This document shows positions 11,007 through 23,879 of a DNA stretch of 64,000 bases, piece by piece. Source of the DNA: Saprolegnia diclina VS20 (taxonomy: Eukaryota); assembly GCF_000281045.1 (NCBI RefSeq), contig NW_008246070.1, positions 149,543-213,542 of the forward strand, in the 5' to 3' direction. The notes below the pieces were generated by a model. That model did no database searches. It saw only the letters and a program-made list of their open reading frames with translations, and was not told the origin of the DNA. The position numbers and the translations under genes were made by a program. Position 1 is the first letter of the stretch, and the number at the start of each line of letters is the position of its first letter.

Positions 11007-12722
11007 TCACGCCACGACGCGCTTCCAGCACATGTAGGCGCCGATGCCGAGCGCAGCGTAGCCCAGTACATCCCACGAGACGAGCGAAGACACCGCGGGC
11101 TCGATGTCGTCGTCTTCCGGCTCGTGCAGTGCTGTGTCTAAATGGAGGAGGTTGGGCAGCGACTGCACCTTCTTGATCGACTCCTTGGTCAAATGTCCGT
11201 CGTCTTCAGCTAGTTCCAGAACGCTGGAGCAGTACTGCTCAATGACGTCGACGCACCAGCGCTCGGGTGACGCCGAGAGCCCGTTGCCCGTGAAGAAGCC
11301 GAGGTGGCCGCCTGTGTGCGTCACGGCGAGCACGATGTTCGGGTTCTCTTGGCACTCCTTGTACGGGATCGCCGAGTTCGTGCAAATCGGGTCGTCGTCC
11401 GACGAGACGCAAAGCATCGGAATCGCAATGTCCTTGATGTCTAGGCGCATCAATAAGCATCTTATTGCACACTAGTCCAGCGTATTTACAGGCGGTGCTT
11501 GAAGCGTCACGGTACATGTCCATCGGCGTCTCGTACCCAAAGACGTGGCGCGAATACAAATTGTCGTACTCGGTCAGCGTCTTGGCCTGCTCCAGCTGCG
11601 AGAGGTCGACGTCCGGGTGGTCTTTGAGCTGCTCGTGGGCGTCGCTCTACGTACACATTATTAGAAATAAGCAGTGACAACGATAAACTAGACCAAGTGG
11701 AAGACGAGCTGGAGCAAGTTCTTGGTCATCGCGGCGTTGTACACGTGGCGGCGGAACCACGAGTGCGTGATGTGAATGTTGGTCGCCACAAAGTCGTACG
11801 GGTTGCCGACCGAGACGGCCGCGAGAAGCGTGCAATTTGAGCCTTCTTCGCCCACGTACTTGGTCAAAATGTTGGCACCGAGCGAGAAGCCGACGGCGAG
11901 AAACGGCGTCGTCGTGTGCATGTGCTCGTTGCGCAAGTACGCGACGACCTCCCGCACGTCTTGCGTGTACGCGGGGCAAAAGAGCTAGCATCCACTGTGA
12001 GCTGACACCGACAAGAATACGGACCTTGGGCGTCGTCACGGGCGTGTTGGAGCAGCCGCGCGCGTTCATGACGACGACGCGGTACCCTTTGCGCAGGAGC
12101 TTCTCGGCCGTCTGCATCATGTACTCCTACGATGGCGATGGAGCCTCCACGATAGACGGTGTGTCACCTCGTACCTCGTGGCTGCCGCCCGACAAGCCAT
12201 GCAGGAGCAGCTAGAGTGGGACTGTTCATGAGGTGGCCGCATCGGATAGGGATAGAGTACGATCGTGGGTACGTCGAGGTCGGCGAGTGCGCTGTCGTCG
12301 TCGGTGTGGCCCGAGACAGACGAAGGCAGCGCCCAGTCGAGCGAGACCGTGCCACCGTCGTCCAGCACGAGTTCTTGCCGCTTGTACAGGACGGGCGGCT
12401 GCGAGTCGCTCACAATGACCATGAACGTCTGCAGGTGGCTACGTGCGCAGGACCATAGTTCGCGACCAGTCGTTGTGTGTCATGGTCGTACCCGTTGCAG
12501 AGAAACCACGTCGGATGGTACTTTTCGACTAGAACGTTGGCATGAGATGCGGCAATCATCCATGCATCAAGTACGCAGAAGCGTGCAGCGCTGCAGGAGG
12601 CGCGTCGTGCGGGGCGTGTCGGCCTTGACGAGCGTTGGGCGCTTGGCCGCGAGCTCGAAATGCACATAGTTTAGCAGGTGCATCGCCAGCTCATAGCGGT
12701 TCCACGCCTGCGTGGTCAACAT
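11007..12722 (-). CDS. Alpha/beta hydrolase, ABHD1/2/3-YheT/EMB8 family (paralogue A), multi-exon
   Basis: DGGTVSLDW, LHGLSGGS, NARGC, nucleophile elbow GFSLG, DDPI and GGHLGF. Confidence 0.9.
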
Positions 12723-13166
12723 GGCAAAGCGACTTGTGAGCGCCAAGAGTTCGACCTCGAAACCGCTCGTGTTGACTAGACAAAGCCGGTATACGTGTTA
12801 TCTACAAGAGTCTCGAGACTGCCTCAATCAAGCGTATCTTCTACGAACTGGCTCAGGTACATACAAAATACAAGTACAAGAAAGGCCAAGGGCGACGATC
12901 TTGGACGGGAACGGTTCCGGCTGGTGGCACCTTTTCGAAACTTGACTTAGCCGTTTGTATAATCGTGGACCACGAGTGGCGTGAGCACCCTCGCCGATCA
13001 TCCCACGCAATAGACCGAGATTCGATAGCGCTCTAGCTCTAGCTTGCTACCGTAGAAGACGAAGATCTGAGAGCCAAATCTCGATTTAAAAGGTCGTGGG
13101 CCAAGGCGCCGGCATCGGACGTCGTGGGAAGTGTGTGGACGCAACAGAGTGGGACTGCAGTTGAGA

Positions 13167-14317
13167 TTACGGCCGCGGCCACTTGCGTTCGTAGCGCTGG
13201 CGTTGGCTTGGGTTGCCCGAGGTACCACCGCAGTGGACGTAGACGAGCTGCCTCCCCGTAAGGTCGAGCGTCTGCGTCTCGAGAGCGTGAAAGAGCGTGT
13301 GCCATGCGAGGCTTGCGTACACAAGGTCGAATTCGATCGCTGTCGCGCCCAGAAGCTCGTTGTGCATGGCGAGAAGAGGTTTCCAGAGCGACCCGAAAGC
13401 AACGCGCTTCGTTGGCGACAAGATACGCGCCCGAGCCACCAGCGCTACAAGAGTGCTCTTGTCACGGTTCATCAATCACCGGTTGACAAACCGTTCGGTT
13501 CCAGTTGCTGCCACTGCTGACGGAGATACGCTGCACTGCCAACACAGGGTACTGTGTAGACGTCAATGCCGGGACGCAGATGCTTGGCGAGGTAATATGC
13601 CGTGGTGCCCGTGCCACTGGGCAAGAGTACACTGAGCGGCTACAAGTTAACTTCTCAGCCTCGCACGTATCGCCCACCGGAGAGCACCTTGGCTTCACCG
13701 GAAGCAAATGCGTTGATTTCGTTGGCCAGGACTTGGACGCCGACTTCTGCATCGGCCGTGGCACCGCCTACGCGCTTATGGTTACGTCCGCGGGCTAACG
13801 CTCATGGACGGTACCCTGTGGAATGCCAATCCACTTGGACGTTGCCGGTGGCACCAATGGCCCAAACTCTCGAGATTCTGCCAGCGCTTCGTACTCGTGC
13901 GACGAGAGCTTGACGTGCTGCATGCCAAGGTCCGTCGCGAGCTTCAAGTTCGTCGCGACCGGCGCTCCCGCAGACTTGAGCTCTGTGGGCTTTGTAAAGT
14001 ACGTGAACGGCACGCGCTTCAGATGCGCGAGCTGGGCGATAGCAAGCATCGCATTGCTTTGCAGCCCACCGTAGCTAAAGATGTGGTTGTCTACGGCCAT
14101 GAGCGTGTGCATACATCGAGAGGCTGCGTACGATCAAAGTACGTGGCGTCCTGCTCAATGAGCCAGTAGAGTTTGCGAAACTATGCAGGATGAGAAGCGT
14201 ACGTAGCTCGTTTAGCACCTTGTTGCCCGAGAGGTAGAAGAGGTCGTCGCGCTTGACGACGACGTCGAGACCGCGGACGCAGACGCGCTGGAACGGCGTC
14301 GCGCCGCGATGTAGCAT
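13167..14317 (-). CDS. PLP-dependent D-cysteine desulfhydrase/ACC deaminase-like enzyme, multi-exon
   Basis: KRDDL...SGNK|FRK (PLP lysine), SYGGLQSNAM, IPQG|GA, EFDLVY and YVHCGG. Confidence 0.85.
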
Positions 14318-14444
14318 TCGCCAATTAACCCTTGGAAAGCCTAACTAGGACTGTGGAGTCTTTCAATTAGGCTCTATCCTATCTCAAGCGGCGCCATAAA
14401 CTGGCAAAAGTCCGAAACAAGCAAAGAACTGATCCATTGGCCGA

Positions 14445-15599
14445 ATGGATCGAAACGGCAGCAGGCAGGATTCCCAGCCCATGGCGAAGCGACAGGCGTA
14501 CCCAGAAGACCTCCGCCAGCTCGATCGGCGACCATGCCAGCCTCAGGATACGAACGTGGTTTGGGGCAGGGTGCTCTATGGTGGTTACCTCGACTCGTTC
14601 GTCGTCGTGCGGACGCTGAGCTTGGTCTGCCACGCCTTCCGCGCGCTCGCCCACGACCATGCCCGCATCATGGATCTGCACTCGACGCTCGAGATTCATG
14701 AGCTCCTCGCAAGCTGCGTGCTACCGCGGTATCCATCCATAGCGCGCCTCTCGCTCAAGTGGACGCTCTGCACGGACGCCACGCTGGCCCTCGTGGCCCA
14801 GCACCTGCCCCGTCTGACGCACCTCAACCTTCACGGGTGCAAGCGCATCTCGGACGATGGCTGCAAGTACCTTGCGCAGCTCTCGCAGCTGCAGTTCCTA
14901 GACCTCTCGTTTTGCCCGCGCATTGGCGACTTCGGGCTGCAGCACCTTCGCGCCCTGCGTCTCGAGTCGCTCAAGCTCAACATGTGCCGGAACGTGACCG
15001 ACGGTGGTCTCCTGGCGCTTCAGGACATGCCCTCGCTGCTGGAACTGGGCCTGAGTTGTACACAAATCACATCCGTGGGACTTCTTAGCTTGGCCAACAA
15101 CAGCGCTGCGAACCTGCACGTGCTCGATCTCTCGGGCTGCGCGGTCGACGACGCGAGCGTTGCTGCTGTGCTCAAGGCCGCGCCACGGCTCTGGTACGTC
15201 ACCCTCGCGCACTGCAAGCTCCTTACGACGCACTTTTGGCAGCTCACAAAGTCCTTTGGCCTTACGTCTCTCCGTGTGCTCGAGCTGCGGGGCAACCGCA
15301 GTATGCTCGCGCTCAGCACCGACCCGAACGCGCCGTCCGCGCGGTCCATCGAGCGCCAAACGCGGCTCTGGTCGGTCCTCTTCGCCAAGCAATGCCCACA
15401 CCTCGCCTTTCTCAACATTGCATCCTGCGACTGCCCGCCAGAGCTCAAGAAGAAGCTCATGGAGACCATGCCCAAGCTCGTCGTCGACGATGGCACGGCC
15501 GAGTACCCGATCGGGTGCAGCTGCGAGAGCGCCCGCGACGTAGAGAGTCCACCCACGTCGCGACGTGCACGCCTGCCACGCCAAGCCCGCCCGCACTAG
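14445..15599 (+). CDS. F-box-like/LRR (cysteine-containing) protein, intronless; start could be 14481
   Basis: Repeats such as LNLHGCKRISDDG, LDLSFCPRIGDFGL and LKLNMCRNVTDGGL; N-terminal LSLVCHAFR F-box-like segment. Confidence 0.85.
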   Translation: MDRNGSRQDSQPMAKRQAYPEDLRQLDRRPCQPQDTNVVWGRVLYGGYLDSFVVVRTLSLVCHAFRALAHDHARIMDLHSTLEIHELLASCVLPRYPSIARLSLKWTLCTDATLALVAQHLPRLTHLNLHGCKRISDDGCKYLAQLSQLQFLDLSFCPRIGDFGLQHLRALRLESLKLNMCRNVTDGGLLALQDMPSLLELGLSCTQITSVGLLSLANNSAANLHVLDLSGCAVDDASVAAVLKAAPRLWYVTLAHCKLLTTHFWQLTKSFGLTSLRVLELRGNRSMLALSTDPNAPSARSIERQTRLWSVLFAKQCPHLAFLNIASCDCPPELKKKLMETMPKLVVDDGTAEYPIGCSCESARDVESPPTSRRARLPRQARPH

Positions 15600-16382
15600 A
15601 CCCTTGTCGCCAGCCCGCATCATAAACACACGCCTATTACATGATGATGTACAGTCCACAGCTGCCCCCTCGGTCGTGCTTACGCTAGCTGCATGCTTCT
15701 TGACCTTTGGTCGCAACATCTCGGTGCTTGCCAGGACGCACAGGTGGCCCTGGCGAGCCTGCCATGGCTCCGCTGCATGGCGTCTACCATGGCTCCATGC
15801 ATCGCGCCGAGGCGGCCGGTCAGCACGCTGACGCCATCGGAGGCGATCGCGCTTGTTCCTTGCGCGCCTGCGTCATCGCCGGAAGTTCTTCTCCAATGTG
15901 ATTGGTGCAAATTAAAAAAAAAACACTTGGAAAACGTATGTGCGTTCGTCGAGCTGGGAATAAATTACATACGGGCAATCCTCGCGATACAGACACAATG
16001 TTTCTCAAGTGAGGGAAAAATTGTGATGTTTGGTACATTCATTACACGAAGTGTTGCTCAACCGAGGGATCCTGCAAAGACTGAGAATGGTGGCCTTCTC
16101 GTGGCCCGGCCGCTGATTGGCTAATATTCCATCATCGATTAAAGTTCCAATAAGTTCAACTATTGGGCGAAAGGAGACCGAGTGAGCGGCCGACAGCGGA
16201 CGGCAAGAGCGAGCGTGGACACGAGACCGCGCGACGCAGGTACCTCGCCCATGGCGCAGACGTATGGAAGCTCACCGCGTGGATGGCTAGATCCCAAGCG
16301 AGAGGACCGAGACGCCCGCAGCAGCAGCAGCAGGTGCGACGATATGTGCAGCATGGAAGGCTCATGCGCGTGCGTGTAGAGA

Positions 16383-19300
16383 ATGAACGGAGGCTCATCC
16401 AGCAACCATGGATCCCACGACAGCCCCGGACGCGCGCCAGACCGCTCGGGCCAGTTCAACGTGAACTTTGGCTTTCGCAGCGGCGGCTTTGGTATGCGCG
16501 GCCGCGGGCGCAACATGAACCAAGGCAACGGGGGTCGAAGCGGCCCCCGCGGCCGGTCGCCACCGCACAACCAGCCAATGTACGGCGGCGGTATGCAAGG
16601 TCGCGGCAACAACTACAACCGCAACCGCAGCAGCAGCGGTGGCAACTACATGGCGTACAAGCAGCGGCCAATGGGCCGATCCCGCGACCGATCCCGCTCC
16701 AAAGACCGCATGGACCGGCGAGGCGCGTCGCGAGACCGATCACGCGACCGCTTTCGGGACCGATCCCGCGACCGTCGGCGCGATTCGTTTCCGCGGGACC
16801 ATCAAGACGAGCTGCAGTCGAATTCGTCACCCGAGAAGCTCGACCGGTCGTACGCCGACGACACCGATGCGAAGCAAGCAGCCAGGAAGGAAGTCGACGC
16901 GAACGACACCGACTCGAAAGACGAAGAAGGCTTGGTCAAGGAAGACTCGCCGCGAAAGACGCCCGTACGACGACCGAGTTGGAGCAATGCGAGCTCGCCC
17001 GTCGTCAAGCCCGAGACTGCCCGTCGCCGCGAGACCGAAGTGTCACCAGTACGACGAAGGGACAGCGTTGACATCAAGCGTCGAGCCAGCATCGTCGACG
17101 CCAGCGAAAAGCCGTTGAAGCGGAGCGAGTCGATGATTGTGGCTTCGTCGACGCGCCGTCCGTCACTGGATTTGAAGCGATCCGAATCGCTGACGCTGCC
17201 AAAGCCCGACGTCGATGACGCAGTGACGCTGGAGCCGCCGCGACCGCCGCCGTCCGACTTGACCACCGTCGAGGGCAGCTCGACGCCGAACGACGACCGC
17301 GACAGTCAAGGCATGAAGCGCGTTCGGCTGGGTTGGGGCCAAGGGCTCGCGGCAGCGTCATCGCCCAGCGCAGCGGCGAGCGCTACGTCGGCAGTCAAAC
17401 GACCCCGCATCGGCTGGGGCCAGGGCTTGATGTCGCAGGCGGCCGAGTCGACGACGACCCTGGAGCGCCGTTCGATGTCGCCTTTGCCAGCGTCGGCCAA
17501 GACCGAGCGTGTGCCAGATGTGACACCGCCCCGGCCAGCACCCTTGCCTGGCTTGCTCCCGACGCCCGTGATGGGGCTGCTGCCAACGCCAACCACGGGG
17601 CTCTTGTCGACGCCAGCGTCCGCCACGCCGCCTGCGCACTCGACCACCGTGTCGTCCGTGTCGTCGCCAGCGCGACCGGCGGGGCTCCTTCCAGTGCCAA
17701 CGTCATCGACCGCAGTGTTCGCATCACCACCCACAGCGGGGCTTCTTCCACACCCATCGACCGGTCTTCTCTCGTCGCCAGGTCTCCTCCCACTGCCAAA
17801 GTCTGCGCCACTCTCCGCGGCCACGCCTGTGGCAGTGGTAGCGCCAGCAGTCTTGACTGTAGCAGCACCAGCACCAGTGGCAGCCTCGGTGCCTGCGCCC
17901 GTTCCGGCACCAATTGTACCTGCCCCCGTTGCCGTTGGACCTTCGGCCGTACCGCCAGCAGCACCCGTGCTCGACAACGATGCTGGCGTCGCACCAGTAG
18001 TCGCTGCGCCACCGCGCAAGGAAGATCTTTTGGTCTCGATCGACGCACTGGACGCCGACATCACCCGCGTCCAGGGCCAGATCAAAGCGAACCGCGAAGA
18101 GTACGCAGCGCTTAAGATGCAGCCTCTGACGTTCTTTGACGAGCCGGAAGAGCCGGGGGTTGTCGTCGTGGAGCCGCCCAAGCCCAAGTCGCGACCGGTG
18201 ATTATGGACCCGGAACTCATGGCCACTGTCAATACGCTGATGACGACCAACCGAGCCAAGGCGACGGACGCTGCCGCGGACCTCGAGACGCTCGGCACGG
18301 CGGCCGTGCAGTACGCAACGCCGGGTGACGCGCCGGGCTTGTCGGAGATTCTGACGACCAGTGCGTCACTGCGGCCTCGGGTGCTGTCGCGCATCATGGC
18401 GCGCAAGGCGGCGCACCACACCAAGATGCGGCAGCTCGCGGTGGAGTTTGTGCAGCTCAAGAAGGCGTGGCGGCACCGCGTCAAACGCATTGAGAAGGAC
18501 AAGAAGAAGCAAGAGAAGATTCGGTCCAAGCTGCTGCTCAAGCAGCAAAAGAAGACGCAAACGACGACCGCCACCGACAGCACGGCGGCGGCGGACGAGG
18601 CGGCGACCAACAGCAGCAGTGTCCGGACGTCATCCCGTCTCACCAACAACTCGAGCAACCCGCCACTGCTCCCGACATTGCAGACCGGCCTCGAGAAGGA
18701 TTCGGCGGCGCAGTGGGAGCAAGACAATCGGCGCAAGCGGTAAACCACTGCGATGCACGACGTATGGGACTCACACAGGCGACGCATAGGCTCAAGGGTG
18801 CAATGGTGGCGTCTGGGTCGAGCGCGAGCTTGTACGTGATCCCCGACATGCTGCTCGACCAAGACAAGTTGTGCGTGCAGCGATTTATCAAGTTGCCGCG
18901 GCCGACGCTGACGGGCCTCGAGACGCCGGCGACGCCATTGGACGGGCAGCTGGCGGTCGCGGTCGAGAAGCTCACGAATCCGTGGAGCGACGTCGAAAAG
19001 TGCATTTTCGTCGACAAGTTTCTGCAGTTTCCAAAGCAGTTTTACCAGATCGGAACGTACCTCAAGAACAAGACGACGGGCGACGTCATTGCGTTCTACT
19101 ACAACACAAAGAAGGTCGTCGACTATAAGGCCATCATCCGCGAGCAGCAGCTGCGGCGGCGCGGCGCTGGCATCAAAAACACATGGAACTGCTGGCATCT
19201 CTCGGCCTGTGTCGCGATGGCGCTCGGCGTCCAGTTTCCCGACTCGATCAAGGCGATGCTCTTGCAGCCGTCCAACTTTCGGTCGCACCAGGCTGCCAAC

Positions 19301-21916
19301 TGCATCTTGCACGCGGTCAAGGGCGTCAAGGACGCGACAGCCAACGACGACACGGCGTCGACGACCAACGACGACGACAAGGAGTCCAAGGACGGATCGA
19401 CGCTCGGCGTGCCGCCCATGGTGCTGGACCTCACGACGCTCCTCTCGGACAATGCGTTTAGCACCGGGTACGAGACCTCGAGCGTAAGCGTGCGCCAGCG
19501 CTTTTTGGACTTTCGCGCGTCGAGCCAGTACCAGCCCGACCCGCCGCCCGTCGCGCTCGACAACGAACCGATCAAGGTCGTCTCGAAGCTCAAGCTCAAG
19601 AAGGATGCAGCCGTCGCCGACGCCATGCCGTCGCCAGCATCTCGGCGCAAGTCGGGCACGCCCCGCGCGGCCAACCCAATGAAGAAGGATTCCAAGCGCA
19701 GCGCCAAACTCAAGCGGGAAGACGCGCCGAAACGCGCAAAAGTCTCACCGACCAACGTCCAAGACGACGCACCACCGCCGCCGGCGCCCGAACCGTCGTC
19801 GCCGATGCGCGAGAAGAAGTCGTCGAAGCCACTGCCACCAGCGCAGCTGCCTCTACTGCCACCCCCGCCCATGGTGGCGCCACCGCAACTCCTTAGCAAG
19901 CACAATAACCCGATGCTGCAGCTGAGCGTGCCGCTGCACGTGCCGGTGCTGCACACGCCGTCGCCGAGCGGCAGCATGCACCACCCGTCGTTGCTGCCGA
20001 CGCCGATGGGCCAGCCACCGTCGGTGCTCAACGCATCGAGCCTCCCGCCCGGGAAGCGCGTCGTGCAAAAGTGGACGGAGCAAGAGAAATCCGACTTTCT
20101 GAAGTTTTTCTCGGTACACAACTCGATCGCGTCTGTTGCGTCTCATGCGCGCTGAGTAGGTCTATGGCAAGGACTGGAGTGCGCTCACCAACAGCATTCC
20201 GACCAAGACCGCGGCCCAGATCAAAAATTACTATCAAAATTACAAAAACCGCCTCGGCCTCCAGGTACACACGTCGCTACGGCACCTCTGACGTAAATCG
20301 GCTCGTAGGACATACTGAAGAAGCGCACGGAGCGGATCACATCGACCGGCAGCGGCCCCAACACGCCGCAGTCGGGTCCGATGCCGGGCCAGGCTTCTCC
20401 TACGGCGCTGAGTTCACCCCCGTCGTCGTCGCCGCCGACGTACGCGTTCCCGATGTCGATGCCGCCGCTGCAACCGCAGCAGACGTCGGCGCCGTCCAAC
20501 AACAGCGAGTACAACAATGCGTACCCGTCGATGAGCGCGCGGCACAAGCTTTTGCAGCTGCAGTGCGAACTCTCTCGGATCACGATGCAGCAGCCGCCGC
20601 CGGAAGCGCCGTCGAATTCGTCCAACCCGACGTCGATGGCGTACTCGACGATCAACTCGCAAGCGTCGCAGATGAAGCTGCTCCAGTATTCGCTGCAGCA
20701 GCAAGTGCAAATGCTCCAGATGCAGATTCACCAACAGGAGCTGCAAAGCAATGCGCCGTACGCCCCGCGGCCCCTCCAGGAGCGCATGCACCTGCGACCA
20801 GCGACCGACAACTACTACGACCCGCGCTACAGCGACATGAAGATGGAGGTGCCACAGCAGCCGCCCATCGTGCCACGGCCGCACCTGGACGCACCGTCGT
20901 CGTCCACCGAGCGGCCGTCGAGCTCGAGCTTGCCACCGCTGGCCGAGGCGCCGCCGATTACGATCCCGCCGCCAACGTCGCGCAGTCTCATGTCTTTTTC
21001 GTCCATTTTGAACGAGAGCAACGGGAGTCCGTACGGCGCGCAGACGCCACCGACCTTGACGCCTGTGCACAACATGTCTCGGTCGAGCGTCTCGAACCTC
21101 CTCAACCGGCACCATCGAGCGTCGCACACGCCGCCAGCCAATGCGTCGTCATCGTCGTCGCAGCACGCGGCGCAACTGCAACAGCAGCAGCTCCAGCAAG
21201 GACCGTCGGCCGCCATGAAGCTGCATTTGAGCCACCCGCTGCGACCCATGGCCCACCCGTCGCAGCAGCAACAGCAGCAACAACAACAGCAACAGCAACA
21301 ACACTCGCATCAGCAACAGCAGCAGCAGCTAGGGTACTATGGCTCGGCGCCGTCGCTCCCGAGCCATTTGCACCAGCACGGACAGTCCAGTCGGAATCCG
21401 TACGCGTCCGTGCTGAACGAGGCGCCGCACAGCGACATGGCGTACTCGGGACAGTCGTTCCAGCAGCAGTTGCAGCAACGCCAGATGCAGCAGACGCCGG
21501 TGCATTACACCATGGACAAGGCACCACCGTCGGACGCCGAGTCTGTCTGGACGATGGAGCAGCAGCTGCGATACGAAGAAGAGGCCCAGAGCTTGCACCG
21601 CGCCGCTTTGGAGAAGGAAGCGTTTGCCCGGCGTGCCGAAGAAGAGGCAACACGGGCGGCCGCCGCGGCCGCCGCCGCAGCTCGGGCGCTTCAGGAAGCC
21701 CAAGCAGCGCGGCAAGAAGCCATGCATTTGGCGGCCAACGCAGCACGGTACACGAGTCATATGCAGCAGCGACAAAACATGCACATGCCGTACGGGCACC
21801 ACCACCCGCCGCCGTATCTGCATCCGATGCCGCACATGGCCCCGTCGGCCGCGCCCGAGACCGACGGCCCGCCACCCGCCGCCAGTCCCCGAGAGTCGTC
21901 GAGCACCACGCTGTAG
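16383..21916 (+). CDS. NCoR/SNT1/POWERDRESS-like double-SANT co-repressor with RS-, Pro- and Gln-rich regions, multi-exon
   Basis: SANT1 NPWSDVEKCIFVDKF...FYYNTKK; SANT2 KWTEQEKSDF|VYGKDW...QIKNYYQNYK; NCoR-like KEDLLVSIDALDADI helix; two R(L/I)GWGQGL motifs. Confidence 0.85.
21263..21328 (+). repeat. CAG/CAA poly-glutamine tract inside the co-repressor CDS
   Basis: Encodes QQQQQQQQQQQQQHSHQQQQQQ. Confidence 0.9.
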
Positions 21917-21940
21917 TAGGTAATAGAAGTAGTGAGTGTC

Positions 21941-22762
21941 TTACTGGTCTTCCGAGAGGACGGGCGCGGGGGTCACGCGGAAGTAGGGCTTGATTTCGTG
22001 GAAGCCGTTGGGGAAGAGCGCCTTGGCGGCCTCGGAGCTAATGTCGGGCTCGACAAAGACGTCGTCGTTGATCTTCCAGTTGGTCGGGAGCACCACCTGG
22101 TTGTAGGCCGCGAGCTGGAGCCCGTCGAGGACGCGAATAAACTAGTCGTCGATGACACTGAGATGGATGAAGAAGAGATATATGCAGTGCAACCTCATAA
22201 AGGTTGCGGCCAATGGACATGGGGTAGTAGAAGGCAAAGCGGATGACCATGTCGACGTCCATGAGAAAGGCCGCGCTGTAGGGCAGAACCGCGTGGTCGG
22301 CGCTGGACGGCGCGGACGTCGGGTTCACGAGCCCCAGCATGCGCGAAAGGAGACCGCTCTCGTCGGCAAAGATGGGGAAATTGACTTGGGTGTCCTGCGT
22401 CTCGTTGACGTCGTCGAGGAACCGCGCTTGGTTCTTGACTACGAAGACGAGCATGAGACGCGCAATGCGGAGGAGGAAGCAAGCAGACGCGAGCCAATGC
22501 TGAGGCCGAGGACGCGGCAGTTGCGCACATCGAACTGGGGCTTGAGCTTGGCGAGCATGCCCAGCTCCTAGACGTGCAGATGAGGATGCGAATGCAGCCA
22601 TATACCTACCGTAATCCAGACCGGGTGGAAGTCCTGGGGGAACGTGAGGAGGAGCGCCCACGCGCCGTCGATGAAGTCGTGGAGCTTGATCGCACCCATT
22701 TGCGTCGAGCCCACGAGCTTGGGGATTTTCATCCCGACCTGGAGCGTCGGCGCCGGTGCCAT
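21941..22762 (-). CDS. 1-Cys peroxiredoxin (Prx6)-like protein lacking the peroxidatic Cys, 4 exons
   Basis: LHDFIDGAWALLLTFPQDFHPVWIT|ELG, FPIFADE and YPMSIGRNLYE|FIRVLDGLQL...LPTNW match the Prx6 fold; the spliced frame is intact. Confidence 0.88.
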
Positions 22763-22924
22763 CGCGCGATCTTTCACCTACAGACTATTTCCGACCCACG
22801 CGTGAATAGTGTCAAGGTAGTGGGTTAGTATGTATCTATCGTGCTCGGCCTGCTATGGCTAGTGTCTCTACGGGGGTCTAGGACGAGGGGGTGAGCGTCG
22901 TAGCAGAGTAGGAAGAGGCGGGTA

Positions 22925-23248
22925 CTAGGCCGATCGCGTCGCCGTGTCGGTCGCTGCCGACGCCAGCTCGTCGTACGTCAAGGTCTGGCTCGTGACGACT
23001 TCGCGGCCGTCGGCCAGCTTGTAGCGCGTCGTCCACTGCTTGGAGATCGTGATGGTCTTGATGGGCGTCGGTGGCGGCAGTACCGCGAGACAAGGCAGGT
23101 ATCGTCGGAGGTCGTCCTTGTCGCTCATGGCGCTGGCGACATGGACAAGGCCGATGCAGACGCAGCACATGAGGTGGAGCATCGCCATGCTCTTCCAGGC
23201 GAGGTAGAGGTACGAGGGTAGGTCCAGCATCGTCGTCCACGCGTCCAT
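22925..23248 (-). CDS. Small hypothetical protein (107 aa) with one hydrophobic segment
   Basis: ATG-initiated ORF with coding-like GC3 that fills an intergenic gap; no family recognised. Confidence 0.5.
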   Translation of the reverse strand: MDAWTTMLDLPSYLYLAWKSMAMLHLMCCVCIGLVHVASAMSDKDDLRRYLPCLAVLPPPTPIKTITISKQWTTRYKLADGREVVTSQTLTYDELASAATDTATRSA

Positions 23249-23879
23249 CGTCGTCGTCTTGCTTGAGCTTCGGCTGGCAAATTCTCAAATGGTGCAGGTT
23301 GGATCGCAATCTATTTTATAATATTGCATGCTTGTTATTTGTATGTACTTTTTATCGAGAGCCATCATTCGCAAAGGTATCTATTGCCGGTTACGTTGAC
23401 AGGCATCCGATTAATTCGCGCTCGTTCGGTTACAGCACCGTCAAGGCGCCTTGGGCCGGAAGAATTAGAGAACTCGGGCCACCCTGCGTCCTAATGACAC
23501 CGCAGCGTCATAACCATAAGTATCACGCTGCGCTTCTCTAAACAGCCAACAAGACACAATGGGTAGGCTTCTCCACGTAAAAACCGAGCTCGTAATTTAG
23601 GCGTTAGGAAGGTTTTACGCGTAACATCGAACGAGCTCGGTGCATCGATCAACTTGACTAGTGCAGCTGGCTTTAGATTGTGCAAGATGATGTATCTGCG
23701 CCTTCCACGAGCTTGGAAGCAGCAGCCTGTGGAGACTTCAAGATCTTGGCTACTCGATGCGGCGATGCCATTGGTCGATTTGATTGGCCGCTCCTGATTG
23801 GCCCGTTTCGGTTTGCTATCAGCTGTTGCCATCAGAGCGCGCCTTCTGTCGGTACACGTCCTATACTTATACGTCGACC

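Noticed and set aside
22616..22618. Possible selenocysteine at the Prx active site
   Set aside because: The codon is TGG, not TGA, and the other catalytic residues are also lost.
23465..23641. Inverted repeats upstream of rmlB (CGCAGCGT/ACGCTGCG; ACCGAGCTCGT/ACGAGCTCGGT) as an H/ACA snoRNA
   Set aside because: There is no correctly placed ACA tail, and the longer repeat is built on CGAGCTCG, a palindrome very common in this sequence.
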